Shown: one piece after another, positions 37,601-46,470 of the stretch
Position numbering within the stretch: the stretch's first letter is position 1
How the letters are laid out: each line of letters begins with the position of its first letter
Virus record (IMG/VR): IMGVR_UViG_3300042554_000484
Location: 1 to 61,023 of that record
Length of the DNA stretch: 61,023 nt
From: a virus
Lineage: Duplodnaviria > Caudoviricetes
Direction: 5' to 3' (one strand)
The notes under the pieces: model-generated
Seen by the model: only the letters and a program-made list of their open reading frames with translations
What the model was told of the DNA's origin: nothing
The model's database searches: none
Position numbers and translations under genes: made by a program

Positions 37601-37999
37601 TTGGTTTCCCTTCCGTTTCAGGTCATCTGATCCTACCCCACTTTCAGCACGGGGGTTAGATGCGTGTTTGGTTCCGTCGTTGCCGAGAGTCCACCAGTTT
37701 CCGTGACCGTCCTTGAACGGGTGTTCGACGGGGATGTCACGGTCGTACAGGATGATGCCGTCGTCGAGTGATTGCCGGCGATGCGACTCGACCCATCCGT
37801 GGCAGCCGGTGGTGCCGGATCCGCAGAGCAGGAGCAGGTTCGCGGGTTCGTTGCTGTCGCTGCGCCGTGTCCCTCCCATGCGGCGGGGCCGGCGGTGGTG
37901 CACGCTGGCTCGCCCGTGGACGGGGGTGTAGCAGCGTTCGCACTGGTAGTGCGCCCGCAGGGCCACGGTCTCTCTCGTGGCGGGTGTGGGGCCGCTCAC
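37601..37999 (-). CDS. HNH endonuclease (no stop codon before the HTH ORF)
   Basis: CERC...HHRRPR.MGG...NLLLLCGSGTTGCHGWVE. Confidence 0.8.
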
Positions 38000-38178
38000 G
38001 ATGCGGCCTCGACTCGCCGAGGGTGGACCTTGTGGCCGAGGGTGAGGACAAGGCCCATGGTGGTGCACGCCTTGCCGGCAGGGGCCTTGCACCAGGGGCA
38101 GCGCACGCGCATGGCCTTCCGGTAGACCGTCCAGTCCCGAGGGCCTAGAGCGGCGTATGCGGCCTCGACGGGGGTCAC
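37996..38178 (-). CDS. Small zinc-finger protein
   Basis: RCPWCKA..G..C...H..R. Confidence 0.55.
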   Translation of the reverse strand: MTPVEAAYAALGPRDWTVYRKAMRVRCPWCKAPAGKACTTMGLVLTLGHKVHPRRVEAAS

Positions 38179-38609
38179 TCGACTCTCCGGGCCAGGTTGT
38201 CGTATTCGATGGCCCTGTGGGCCTGTGGGAGGCTCTGACGGGCAACCCCGAGGACGTGGTCGGCCACCTTCTCCGCCTCGTCCTCCGTGAGACCGTCCCC
38301 AACTCCGCGATACCAGGCTTGCTGCCACTGCTGATAGGAAGCCGTATCACTCGGGTCAATGGGGGGTACAGGTGCGATGCGATCACCGATGCGGACCTTC
38401 CGCACCGCCATCACCTTCGAGCGCACGTCCGCCGGCGTGATCGAGTGCGGCGACTCCCGATAGTGGGCGATGACGGCTTCACGGCAGTCGTCGAAACGCA
38501 GGTCACCGATGACGGCGTGCCACGCCTTCGCGTCGATGTCGCCGTACATGCGGCGCGTGTCGAGGGCAGTGATCATCGCCAGCACTGCGGCTGTCTCACG
38601 CATGTCCAC
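38175..38609 (-). CDS. Helicase loader/inhibitor-like protein
   Basis: D.R...AW...I.D....DC..AV..HY......I.PAD; follows the initiator gene. Confidence 0.6.
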   Translation of the reverse strand: MDMRETAAVLAMITALDTRRMYGDIDAKAWHAVIGDLRFDDCREAVIAHYRESPHSITPADVRSKVMAVRKVRIGDRIAPVPPIDPSDTASYQQWQQAWYRGVGDGLTEDEAEKVADHVLGVARQSLPQAHRAIEYDNLARRVE

Positions 38610-39339
38610 TGTCGCTCCCTACGAGGAGATGGGTCAGTCCACTGAGGCGCTGGTCGGCAGTGCTCGCCCCACCCCTCATTGTAGTCGGGGGGTTGAGGAT
38701 CATGTTGAGTTCCGAGGCAAGCGTTGACGGATGCAAGCCCTTGGCGCTGACCGATCGGAGGGCTTCGAGGATCTTGTCTGCGGGGAACCCTTGGTCAACG
38801 AGCAACCTGACCTCTCGGGCTGTCTGCCCAACCACGCGATCCGGTGGACGCACCCGCAGGCCGTCGATCCAGGCGGTGACGATGGTGCCTGAGTTCGCGA
38901 CGGCAGTCGCGGGAACTAGGTCTTGGTTGTTATTAGACGGTTGTAAAGACGGTTGCTTAGGGGTGGAGTTGGGGAGTGACCGGTCAGAGTTGGGGAGTTG
39001 CCCGTCAGAGTTGGGGAGTGAGTCCCCAACATTCTTGGGGGGTTCGGGGCGCACAATCTCCCCATCTTCGTTGAGGACGAACGGCAGTAGCCGGTACTCC
39101 GTGGCCCTGCCCTTGCTGTTGCCTTTCCGTTCGATCGCCAAGGTGCCGTCCTCGACCATGCGGAGCACGCACTGGCGGACGTACTCCACGGAGCAGCGGG
39201 CCTTGCGGGCGAGAGAGTTCTGGCCGGCGTAGAACCAGCCCTCGTCATTTGCATGATCGGCCATAGCGAGATGTAGAAGCAGGCGTGCCCCGTCATAGGG
39301 AGAGTCGGACCAGATACGGTCCATCCACTTGATGCTCAC
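38596..39339 (-). CDS. Replication initiator (N-terminal winged HTH)
   Basis: W...V/IW..S...LLL.LA.AD.AND.G......LA.K; internal iterons. Confidence 0.72.
   Translation of the reverse strand: MSIKWMDRIWSDSPYDGARLLLHLAMADHANDEGWFYAGQNSLARKARCSVEYVRQCVLRMVEDGTLAIERKGNSKGRATEYRLLPFVLNEDGEIVRPEPPKNVGDSLPNSDGQLPNSDRSLPNSTPKQPSLQPSNNNQDLVPATAVANSGTIVTAWIDGLRVRPPDRVVGQTAREVRLLVDQGFPADKILEALRSVSAKGLHPSTLASELNMILNPPTTMRGGASTADQRLSGLTHLLVGSDSGHA
38966..39019. repeat. Three gagttggggagt iterons at 21-bp period (candidate replication origin)
   Basis: Copies at 38966, 38987 and 39008 inside the initiator gene. Confidence 0.7.
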
Positions 39340-39740
39340 GGCGACTCCACATGGCCGCAGTTGGAGCACGGCTTGACCTTGCGTCCGTGGGCCTCGACCT
39401 CACGTTCGTCGACGTAGTACAGGTGGACGTACACCTTGCACCGGTCACGGGTCTCGGTCAGCCGAGCGATCTTGGCGTCCTTGTGGAGCACCGACAGGGC
39501 GCCGGAGGCGGTGCCGTGATGCCAGCCCATCTCGTCGCCGAGTTCCTTCCACGTCATGCCCTCGGGGCCAGCCTGAAACAGGGCGAAGAGGGCAGCGGAC
39601 TGGCGGTAGGAGGTTTCGCCAGAGGCGTCCGCCGTGACAGCGCGAGCCCGTGACGTGCTGGACCCTGACCATCCCGACGTGCCGGCGTAGGGGAGTGAGA
39701 CACCGTCATCCCCGATGAGTGTCAACTCCTCTACGCCCAT
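39336..39740 (-). CDS. Winged-HTH protein
   Basis: G.TWKEL....GWHHG.ASG.LS.LH....I.RL. Confidence 0.6.
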   Translation of the reverse strand: MGVEELTLIGDDGVSLPYAGTSGWSGSSTSRARAVTADASGETSYRQSAALFALFQAGPEGMTWKELGDEMGWHHGTASGALSVLHKDAKIARLTETRDRCKVYVHLYYVDEREVEAHGRKVKPCSNCGHVESP

Positions 39741-40342
39741 GAGGCCCTCTTCTCCTGGGCAGCCTCGCCGATGGCAGCGGCCTGCTGTTCGGTCATGGTC
39801 ATGCCCTGTGCGTAGGTGAGGATCTTGCCGAGGGCAGGCTCATCTGCGGTCATCTGGATGGCGTGCAGGGCACGGTCGAGGATGTCCGGGGTCATCGACT
39901 CCTGTGCTGGCGCCCGCTCGTAGGAGTGCGAGTCGGGGTCGGGCTCGTCCGTGGGCAGGCTGAGGGCCTGTAGGAGGGCCGTACGGAAGGCAACGGACAT
40001 GGCCTTGGCTGTGGCCTTGTCCCCGGAATCCATGGCCTCTCCGGGGACGGTAGCGGTGATGGCGCCGCCGCCGACGTGGTGGAACGTGTAGGTCACGACG
40101 ACCCGGACGTGCCCCATGGGTGTCCGATTCTTCCCAATCTCGACAGTGTTGTAGTCGACGGTCTCGACCTTGGGCGTGACGATGATGCCGTGCGCCCGAA
40201 GGGCAGGGGACACGGCGTTGACGACGGCGTCGATGCCTCGGAAGGAGAAGTTCTGGGACGTGTTGCGGTCCCCCTTCTTGACGGCCCCGACCTCGGCCAT
40301 GACGGCCGCCATCGCAGAGTAGACATTGTCATGAGTGCTCAC
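39731..40342 (-). CDS. erf: ERF family single-strand annealing protein
   Basis: V.K..RN..QNF.FRGID.V.NA..PAL..HGI; GEAMDSGDKAT.KAMSVA. Confidence 0.85.
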   Translation of the reverse strand: MSTHDNVYSAMAAVMAEVGAVKKGDRNTSQNFSFRGIDAVVNAVSPALRAHGIIVTPKVETVDYNTVEIGKNRTPMGHVRVVVTYTFHHVGGGAITATVPGEAMDSGDKATAKAMSVAFRTALLQALSLPTDEPDPDSHSYERAPAQESMTPDILDRALHAIQMTADEPALGKILTYAQGMTMTEQQAAAIGEAAQEKRASWA

Positions 40343-40869
40343 TTCGACACCTCCACGGTGAAGTTGACGGTGGGGGGCTCGACGTTGAGCCCAGGGATGA
40401 TCTCACCGCTCGCCGGGTCAGCGGAGTCGGTGAGGGAAGCGTCGCGCAGGGCGCTCAAGGAAACGTCCTCCTTGACGACGAGCCAGTCAGGGTGGTTGAC
40501 CTTAGCCCACTCGATGAACTCGGCCTTGTCGGAGAACACGAAGCGGGTCTGTCCGATACGGGACTTGATCGCACCGTAGGGGGTGGACACGGTCTTGCGG
40601 CCCTCGGCACGCTGCTTCATGGCGTACTCGATGAGGATGCCCTCGAAGTAGTCGAGGTCGCGCATCGGTACACGGGACTCGTGTTCGGCCCAGTCTTGGA
40701 TGCGGGCGATCTCCGCCTCGGCGATGGTCTTGATCTCGTCGAGCCGGCCTCGGGCGATGGCGGCTTTCCGCATGGCCCAGGTAGCCTGCGAGTCGTTCTC
40801 GATCTTGAATCGTTCCCGGTCATGGCCGGGGTCGTGGCTATCCCAGTCGATAGCGTCGGTGCTGCTCAT
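40339..40869 (-). CDS. Mu Gam-like host-nuclease inhibitor
   Basis: F.I.....A.WAMRK...AE..I.RI..W...KT...PYG.I.SR. Confidence 0.78.
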   Translation of the reverse strand: MSSTDAIDWDSHDPGHDRERFKIENDSQATWAMRKAAIARGRLDEIKTIAEAEIARIQDWAEHESRVPMRDLDYFEGILIEYAMKQRAEGRKTVSTPYGAIKSRIGQTRFVFSDKAEFIEWAKVNHPDWLVVKEDVSLSALRDASLTDSADPASGEIIPGLNVEPPTVNFTVEVSK

Positions 40870-40891
40870 GGAATCTCCCTTCCTAGAAACT

Positions 40892-40915
40892 AACCCGAGT
40901 GTACTACATGGGGTT
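40892..40915 (-). promoter_or_regulatory. Repeated promoter/operator driving the replication operon
   Basis: aaccccatgtagTACACTcgggtt. Confidence 0.65.
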
Positions 40916-40971
40916 GGGGAGTCCTAATGGGGGTACACTAAACCCGCCCGGAACTCCCTTCCTGGGCGGTA

Positions 40972-41010
40972 GAGCGGCCCACCTAGTCCCCCGAAGTAGG
41001 TGGGCCGCTC
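40972..41010 (-). terminator. 14-bp perfect hairpin after the endolysin
   Basis: gagcggcccaccta / taggtgggccgctc. Confidence 0.65.
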
Positions 41011-41052
41011 CCATTCCCGCCCTCATAGTCACAGACCAGACAGGTCCAGCAA

Positions 41053-41985
41053 CTAAGGCTTGACAACCCCGAACATGCGCTTCTGCGTAGACGGCGAGAA
41101 CTTACCGTGAGGGTTATGCCACCCCTGCGCCTTCTGGAAACGCACGACCGCCGACTCCGGGTACTTCTGCACACCACGATCCAACGGGCGCGTCTCCTTG
41201 AAGCCCATGTCGAACAGGCGGCAGGCCACACGCCACACCGCCACGTTCGCCTCACGCGCATCCTGGGCGCGGCGCACAGCCGCCATCGAAGGCACCGTGC
41301 CATCCCACGTCTGCGGCGACTGCATCCACCCCTTCGCCTGCTCCCGCCACCACGGAGCGTTGTACGGCTCGGGGTTCGACTCACCCGGCCACGCACCCCA
41401 CGGCCCGTCGATCGTGTCGTTCTTCCGGCCCACGCACGGAGATGGACCCTTCGGGTTCCAGCCATGACAGCCATCGGTGTAGCACTTGTGCGTACCGACA
41501 GCCTCATCCACATTCCACGCACACAGTTCCGCCAGCGCAGCAAGGGCTCGACCGGTGTTCTCAATCTGGTACGGAGTCAGGCTCGAAGCCGTCTTGCCGG
41601 CGTCATCCAACTCGAAACCGAACAGGCGGGTCTGCCCGAGGAAGCCACGAGACGGGATACCCAGCGCCGGCACAGGTCCGCCATCGCCACAGTGATAGGC
41701 CGAACCCGCCGAAAGCAAGTAAGAATCGCCCGGCCCACGGCCCACGATCATGTTGCACACGGGCTTGTCATATGCGGTGACCGCCCAGTACAGGGACGGG
41801 CAACCCGACGCCCCCACGGCGGCAGCCGTAGCCGTGTGATGAACCACAGCGCCAGTCAGGCCAGGGCTACCGTCCGGCCCCTGCCACGGACGACCAATCG
41901 TGTCCCAACCCTTGTACGTCTTGACATCGACACCATGGTCCATGAACGCCGCAAGGATCTGCGAGGGTGTGGGATTGGCGCTCAC
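41053..41985 (-). CDS. Endolysin: N-acetylmuramoyl-L-alanine amidase plus peptidoglycan-binding domain
   Basis: VVHHTA, A.H.G.G, G.E, H K...K.D; C-terminal AV.RFQ.AQG. Confidence 0.85.
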   Translation of the reverse strand: MSANPTPSQILAAFMDHGVDVKTYKGWDTIGRPWQGPDGSPGLTGAVVHHTATAAAVGASGCPSLYWAVTAYDKPVCNMIVGRGPGDSYLLSAGSAYHCGDGGPVPALGIPSRGFLGQTRLFGFELDDAGKTASSLTPYQIENTGRALAALAELCAWNVDEAVGTHKCYTDGCHGWNPKGPSPCVGRKNDTIDGPWGAWPGESNPEPYNAPWWREQAKGWMQSPQTWDGTVPSMAAVRRAQDAREANVAVWRVACRLFDMGFKETRPLDRGVQKYPESAVVRFQKAQGWHNPHGKFSPSTQKRMFGVVKP

Positions 41986-42114
41986 GAATCTGCCTCCTCG
42001 TCAAGGTCAACGACATCAGCCGGATCTGGCAGGGAGTCGATTACGTCAGCGGACCAGCCCGCAGGCGGCTGAGTTACCTCGATGTCGGCGAGGTCGAGGC
42101 TACCGTCGTGTCCT

Positions 42115-42369
42115 TCACTCATCATCTTCAACGGTGGTCATCACTGCCTCGTCCGCCAGTGAAGGACCGTAGTAGGAACCGACATTGTTAGACGCGACGG
42201 ACGTGAGGACCGACAGGAGGGCAGCCGTGCCAGCGATGGCGAGGGACTGCATCCAGTCGATGTCGAGGATGGTGATGCCCGCAGCGAACACGGCCACGAG
42301 AGCCTGCGCGAAAGTCTTGATGGCCCGCTCGCCGGACGCCTGGATGAACTCGATACTGAAGATATTCAC
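42115..42369 (-). CDS. Holin (r1t-like)
   Basis: ERAIKTFAQAL.A...DW...A..AA.LS.LTS.AS; two TM helices. Confidence 0.85.
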   Translation of the reverse strand: MNIFSIEFIQASGERAIKTFAQALVAVFAAGITILDIDWMQSLAIAGTAALLSVLTSVASNNVGSYYGPSLADEAVMTTVEDDE

Positions 42370-42725
42370 TTGGTCATCGCCTCCCAAGTACGGACATCGA
42401 CCTCACCGGTCGGCCTGATACCCCTGTCACCCTGGAAGCGGCGCACGGCCTTCGCCATCAGCGTGCCGTAGCGGCCGTCCTGATCGCCCTCCCAGAAACC
42501 CTGAGCGGCGAGCACGCGCTGCACCTCAGCCACCACGGGGCCATGGTCGCCCTGCGAGAGGCGGCGCTTGAACATGAGGGTCGTCGTGACCTTCTCCGTC
42601 GACTTCGGAGCCGGTGCGGGAGCGGGCGTCGGCTCGGCGACGGGCGCCTCAGTGGCGACCTCGACGACGGGCTCAGGCTTCGGCGCCGGGCGGCGGGTGT
42701 TACGCGGCTTGCTGCTGTCAGTCAT
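42366..42725 (-). CDS. Peptidoglycan-binding domain protein with Pro/Glu-rich N-terminus
   Basis: L..GD.G..V..VQ..L...G...DG.YG...AV.RFQ...G....G.VD..TW. Confidence 0.75.
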   Translation of the reverse strand: MTDSSKPRNTRRPAPKPEPVVEVATEAPVAEPTPAPAPAPKSTEKVTTTLMFKRRLSQGDHGPVVAEVQRVLAAQGFWEGDQDGRYGTLMAKAVRRFQGDRGIRPTGEVDVRTWEAMTK

Positions 42726-42776
42726 CGAGGTTCTCCATTCGACCGGAATGACCCCAGTCTAATGCGCCAACCCCAG

Positions 42777-43142
42777 TTAGTTCCGAGACTCGATGCTTTC
42801 CAGGCGCGAGGCGATCTCGATCTGCCGGACCTCGATCTCGCCGACCCGGCTCGACAGGTCGAACGCCAACTCGTGGGTGTCGCACACCTTGTCTTTCAGC
42901 GACTCGCCACCGTTGCGATGCAACTGTCCGTCGATGTTATTTAGCCGTTCCATCACACCCGGCACCCTTGTCCGCCCCGGCTCTTCGATCTCCCCGTCCC
43001 AGTCGCGCTGAAACTTGCGCCACCACAACATCATGTCGCTGACCTCACGCCACATGGGATACAGCACATAGCGCACAACGCCAGCAACACTCAAGACACC
43101 AGCAGCCAACCAAAACACGGTCTCAAGCGAAGGCATAGTCAT
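42777..43142 (-). CDS. Membrane protein of the lysis cassette
   Basis: N-terminal TM helix; PGVMERL...NGGESLKD. Confidence 0.65.
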   Translation of the reverse strand: MTMPSLETVFWLAAGVLSVAGVVRYVLYPMWREVSDMMLWWRKFQRDWDGEIEEPGRTRVPGVMERLNNIDGQLHRNGGESLKDKVCDTHELAFDLSSRVGEIEVRQIEIASRLESIESRN

Positions 43143-43176
43143 TATTGTGAATCATCTAACTCAATGTGCGTGGGGT

Positions 43177-43830
43177 TTATTCGGCAGGTCCGACATATTG
43201 AACACGAAAGACGGGCGTGACATCGAGATTTCCGCCCGAGGTTTGCTCCACCGTCAACTCAACATAGTTGCCCGCAGCAAGACTTACCGGGCCAGTCACC
43301 ACTGTCAAGTCCGTGGTGCCAGCCGAACTCGTGGACACCCGCTGCATCGCCTGAGCCGTCGTACCTTGACTTCGTACCTTCACCCCACGAATACCGGTCG
43401 TGTTCGCGGCAAATGAGACCCATCCGGTGAACGTGTACCAGCCGTCCAGCGGTGCCGTAATCCGAGTCGGGTTAGGCGAGGCAGCCCACAGCACCCACGG
43501 ATCCGTTCCCACCTCAGTCGTGAAAGTGATAGCCGTCTCCGTGCTGTTCGGAATCGACTGCACCGCAGAACGACCCACCTGAAGAGCCGGCACACCCCGA
43601 GGCGCCAGATGTCCGATAGCGAAGATGTCCGAACCGTCACTGATCAGCCACACCTGGGCACCCACTCGCGGCGCATAAGACCCCAAATACTTGACCCCCG
43701 TGATCTGTGACGTGGAGCCAGCAATCTTCAACGTCAAGCCATAAGACGACACCGCAACCACTTCTCCCTGCCGCACCCGCAACGCAGGAGACGCAGCCAC
43801 TTGCCCAGCAAGAGCCTGAATCGCGTCCAC
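43177..43830 (-). CDS. Minor tail protein
   Basis: OB-like N-terminus (YLGSYAP.VG..VW) and C1q-like beta C-terminus. Confidence 0.65.
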   Translation of the reverse strand: MDAIQALAGQVAASPALRVRQGEVVAVSSYGLTLKIAGSTSQITGVKYLGSYAPRVGAQVWLISDGSDIFAIGHLAPRGVPALQVGRSAVQSIPNSTETAITFTTEVGTDPWVLWAASPNPTRITAPLDGWYTFTGWVSFAANTTGIRGVKVRSQGTTAQAMQRVSTSSAGTTDLTVVTGPVSLAAGNYVELTVEQTSGGNLDVTPVFRVQYVGPAE

Positions 43831-44942
43831 TACTCCACCACCCTCACCGTACGGGCTTGCGCCGACAGAGCAGCCGAAGGAGACAGGGGGATGGTCACCT
43901 GATCCACAATGAGCACACGCTCCGTCTTCGTGCCACTGTTGCGTAGCAACACGACATCGTTCACGTCGAGTGCCGGATCCACAATCGACTCCCACGTCAC
44001 GTTCTGCGCCAAGCCAAGACCCTTAGCCAAGAGAGCGGCGGCTGCCGTCGTCGCCGCGTTACTGTCCGTGATCGCCGACTGAGACACGATCTTCGGAACC
44101 TCTCCGAAGGCGCCGTAACGGTAGGTCGGCGAGTTGGGATCCAAGTCCCACACCTCCACCCGGTAAGGGACCAGCAGCCAGGACGACTCGACAATGTACA
44201 CGACACCGTTGTAAGTGTCTTCAGTGGTGTCTTGCCGGCGCACCTTCACCAGCACATCCTCGTCGGTGTAAGTGGCGACCACGCTTGCCGAGTCCGGCGA
44301 CGGGAAAGGCTGCAACACGCACACCCCGTTAGCGTCGAAGAACAGATCGTAACCTGCCATCTCCGCCAGGTACACGGCGTCTTTCCACGGGTCGTTACCA
44401 GCGTCCTGCCCGAGCACTTGCTGCTGCACATTTACTGCCAGCGTCGGGAAAGACAGTTCGATGGCCGGCCACCGGTTCTGCAACAGGTTAGTGAGCGCCG
44501 TCGTGAGCGGGCCGGCTGGCACCTGATATGGCTCAAGCCACACGTTCCCCGACACACGCAAGGAACGGTCAACGCCAGACACAGTCACCTTGACCTGATC
44601 TGGCCCCTGATCCATCTCGACGCTAGTGATCACGAAGACACCGAGCGGCACCATCTCCCGGCTACCGTCAGCGAACTGCACCCCCCGATACAAGCGGATC
44701 TCATTACCGAAGGGAGTGATCGCGTCGAAGGGCGTCGAGGGAATCAGATCGTTGTCGCTTGCGCTCACCGAAAACCCGACCGTGCACGTCCGCCGCGTCG
44801 ACTGATTTACGCTCACCGACACTGAACCATCGCTGATGTCGAGGTCTAGAATCTTCTGCAAACCACGCCACACCTCAGCCGTGCTCACCGCAGTGTGCGA
44901 CTGCCGAACGGCCTGACGGAAAGCGTCCGACGTGGGATACAT
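43830..44942 (-). CDS. Minor tail/hub protein (DUF5047-like)
   Basis: MYP.S..F..AV..SH; GSV.V...RR.C; E.VPLGVF. Confidence 0.75.
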   Translation of the reverse strand: MYPTSDAFRQAVRQSHTAVSTAEVWRGLQKILDLDISDGSVSVSVNQSTRRTCTVGFSVSASDNDLIPSTPFDAITPFGNEIRLYRGVQFADGSREMVPLGVFVITSVEMDQGPDQVKVTVSGVDRSLRVSGNVWLEPYQVPAGPLTTALTNLLQNRWPAIELSFPTLAVNVQQQVLGQDAGNDPWKDAVYLAEMAGYDLFFDANGVCVLQPFPSPDSASVVATYTDEDVLVKVRRQDTTEDTYNGVVYIVESSWLLVPYRVEVWDLDPNSPTYRYGAFGEVPKIVSQSAITDSNAATTAAAALLAKGLGLAQNVTWESIVDPALDVNDVVLLRNSGTKTERVLIVDQVTIPLSPSAALSAQARTVRVVE

Positions 44943-46468
44943 CAGCCCTCAACCTCGACGAAGTCGAAGGACACCTCACGCACGATACGCCCAGCCGAGT
45001 ACGCCTCATTCCACGACCGGTTCACCACGCGAATGTACTTCTGGCGGCCAGTCGGATCCTGCACAAGCAGCACGCCCTGATGAATCATGATCGCCTCAAC
45101 CGCAGACCACTGCGCCTGATTCATCGTCATGATCCGATACGAGCCATCCTCGCCACCGATCAACCCCGACACCACGATGGGCAGATTCTTGCCGAGCGGC
45201 TTGAACGTCGTGTAGGGCTCCTGCACCGTGACCGATAGCGGCCCGGTCACGTTCAAGGAACCAACATTCAACGTGGGTGCGGCCACGGCCTTCAGCCACC
45301 ACGTCCCATCGTTAGTCACGAGCACCTGCGGAATGACCGAGGACCACGCGGAAGGAATCCGCTCCTCGCCAGCCACCCCAACAGACCGTGCACGGTATCG
45401 AACCGTGAGCCCGCGAGGCGCCTCATAGTCGACCACTGTGGCCGTGTTACTACCCGACACGGTAATCTCAGTGCCCGAGCGGATGTAATCCCACGACACG
45501 CCAGAGTTATCCGACCTCTGCACTTGGAAGTATTGCGACGAGTAGGACAGCCCCGGAGCGCCGCCCGTCAGAGTCAGAGTGGCCTTACCCTCGCTAGAAC
45601 TCCACGCCGCCTCGATGGCGACAGTCGGAGGAGGCGTCACGCTGATCGTGAACGGCTCGAAGTCCCAGGTCGACCAGAACGGCTCACCGTTGATTGACTT
45701 CGCGACACGCACATAGGCCCGGTACGTTCCAGACAGCAAGCCGTCACCAATGAAAGCGCCGGGCTCACTCGACTGAACCGAGCCCGACTCCCACGTCGCA
45801 GGAGACGTAGCCGGATCGAATCCACCGATCCCGAACTGGGCAGCAGTGAAGACGCGCACCTCGTAGAAAGCCTGCGGATCCGCAGCATCAGGATCCGTGT
45901 ACGTCCACTGAACCTCAGGAGTGGCAGTCGTCGTCACCGTTCCCGTAGGAGCAGTCACGACCACAGTAGGCTGCGCGGCCTTATCCACGTCGATGTACAA
46001 CTCGTACACATAGCCGATGTCGGCGGAATCCATGTACTCGATGTACTGGGCACGCAAAGCGTCAATACGAGTCTGATCCCAAGAAGCACCATCAGGGCTC
46101 GACGTAAACCACGCACCCGTAACAGCCACAGGCGTCGACACACCGACAGCACCACGCACCGGGTAACCCGTGTAGAAGTACGTCAAGCCACTCACTCGCG
46201 TGCCGAGCATCAGATCCATCTTGCCGTTCGCGTTGTCCGTCTCCACGCGAGCCCGCAACCGCACACGCTTCACGCGCTCCGCCGCAGTAATCGTGTTCGT
46301 CCCGAACGTAAGCGAAAGAGTCGCCGTACCAGCCACCGCAGACGACTTACGCACGAAACTCGCATCCGAGTTGTCATTCGTGGCAGCCGCAGCATTAGCG
46401 GCACCCGTCACCGTGAAAGCAGACGCGCCCGTACCCACCCCGTCAGGACGCAACGTCACAACAGCCAT
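44942..46468 (-). CDS. Minor tail (distal tail-like) protein with FN3/Ig-like domains
   Basis: DYEAP.G....YRA; WWLK; ends F.EV; directly after the tape measure gene. Confidence 0.7.
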   Translation of the reverse strand: MAVVTLRPDGVGTGASAFTVTGAANAAAATNDNSDASFVRKSSAVAGTATLSLTFGTNTITAAERVKRVRLRARVETDNANGKMDLMLGTRVSGLTYFYTGYPVRGAVGVSTPVAVTGAWFTSSPDGASWDQTRIDALRAQYIEYMDSADIGYVYELYIDVDKAAQPTVVVTAPTGTVTTTATPEVQWTYTDPDAADPQAFYEVRVFTAAQFGIGGFDPATSPATWESGSVQSSEPGAFIGDGLLSGTYRAYVRVAKSINGEPFWSTWDFEPFTISVTPPPTVAIEAAWSSSEGKATLTLTGGAPGLSYSSQYFQVQRSDNSGVSWDYIRSGTEITVSGSNTATVVDYEAPRGLTVRYRARSVGVAGEERIPSAWSSVIPQVLVTNDGTWWLKAVAAPTLNVGSLNVTGPLSVTVQEPYTTFKPLGKNLPIVVSGLIGGEDGSYRIMTMNQAQWSAVEAIMIHQGVLLVQDPTGRQKYIRVVNRSWNEAYSAGRIVREVSFDFVEVEG

Positions 46469-46470
46469 GC

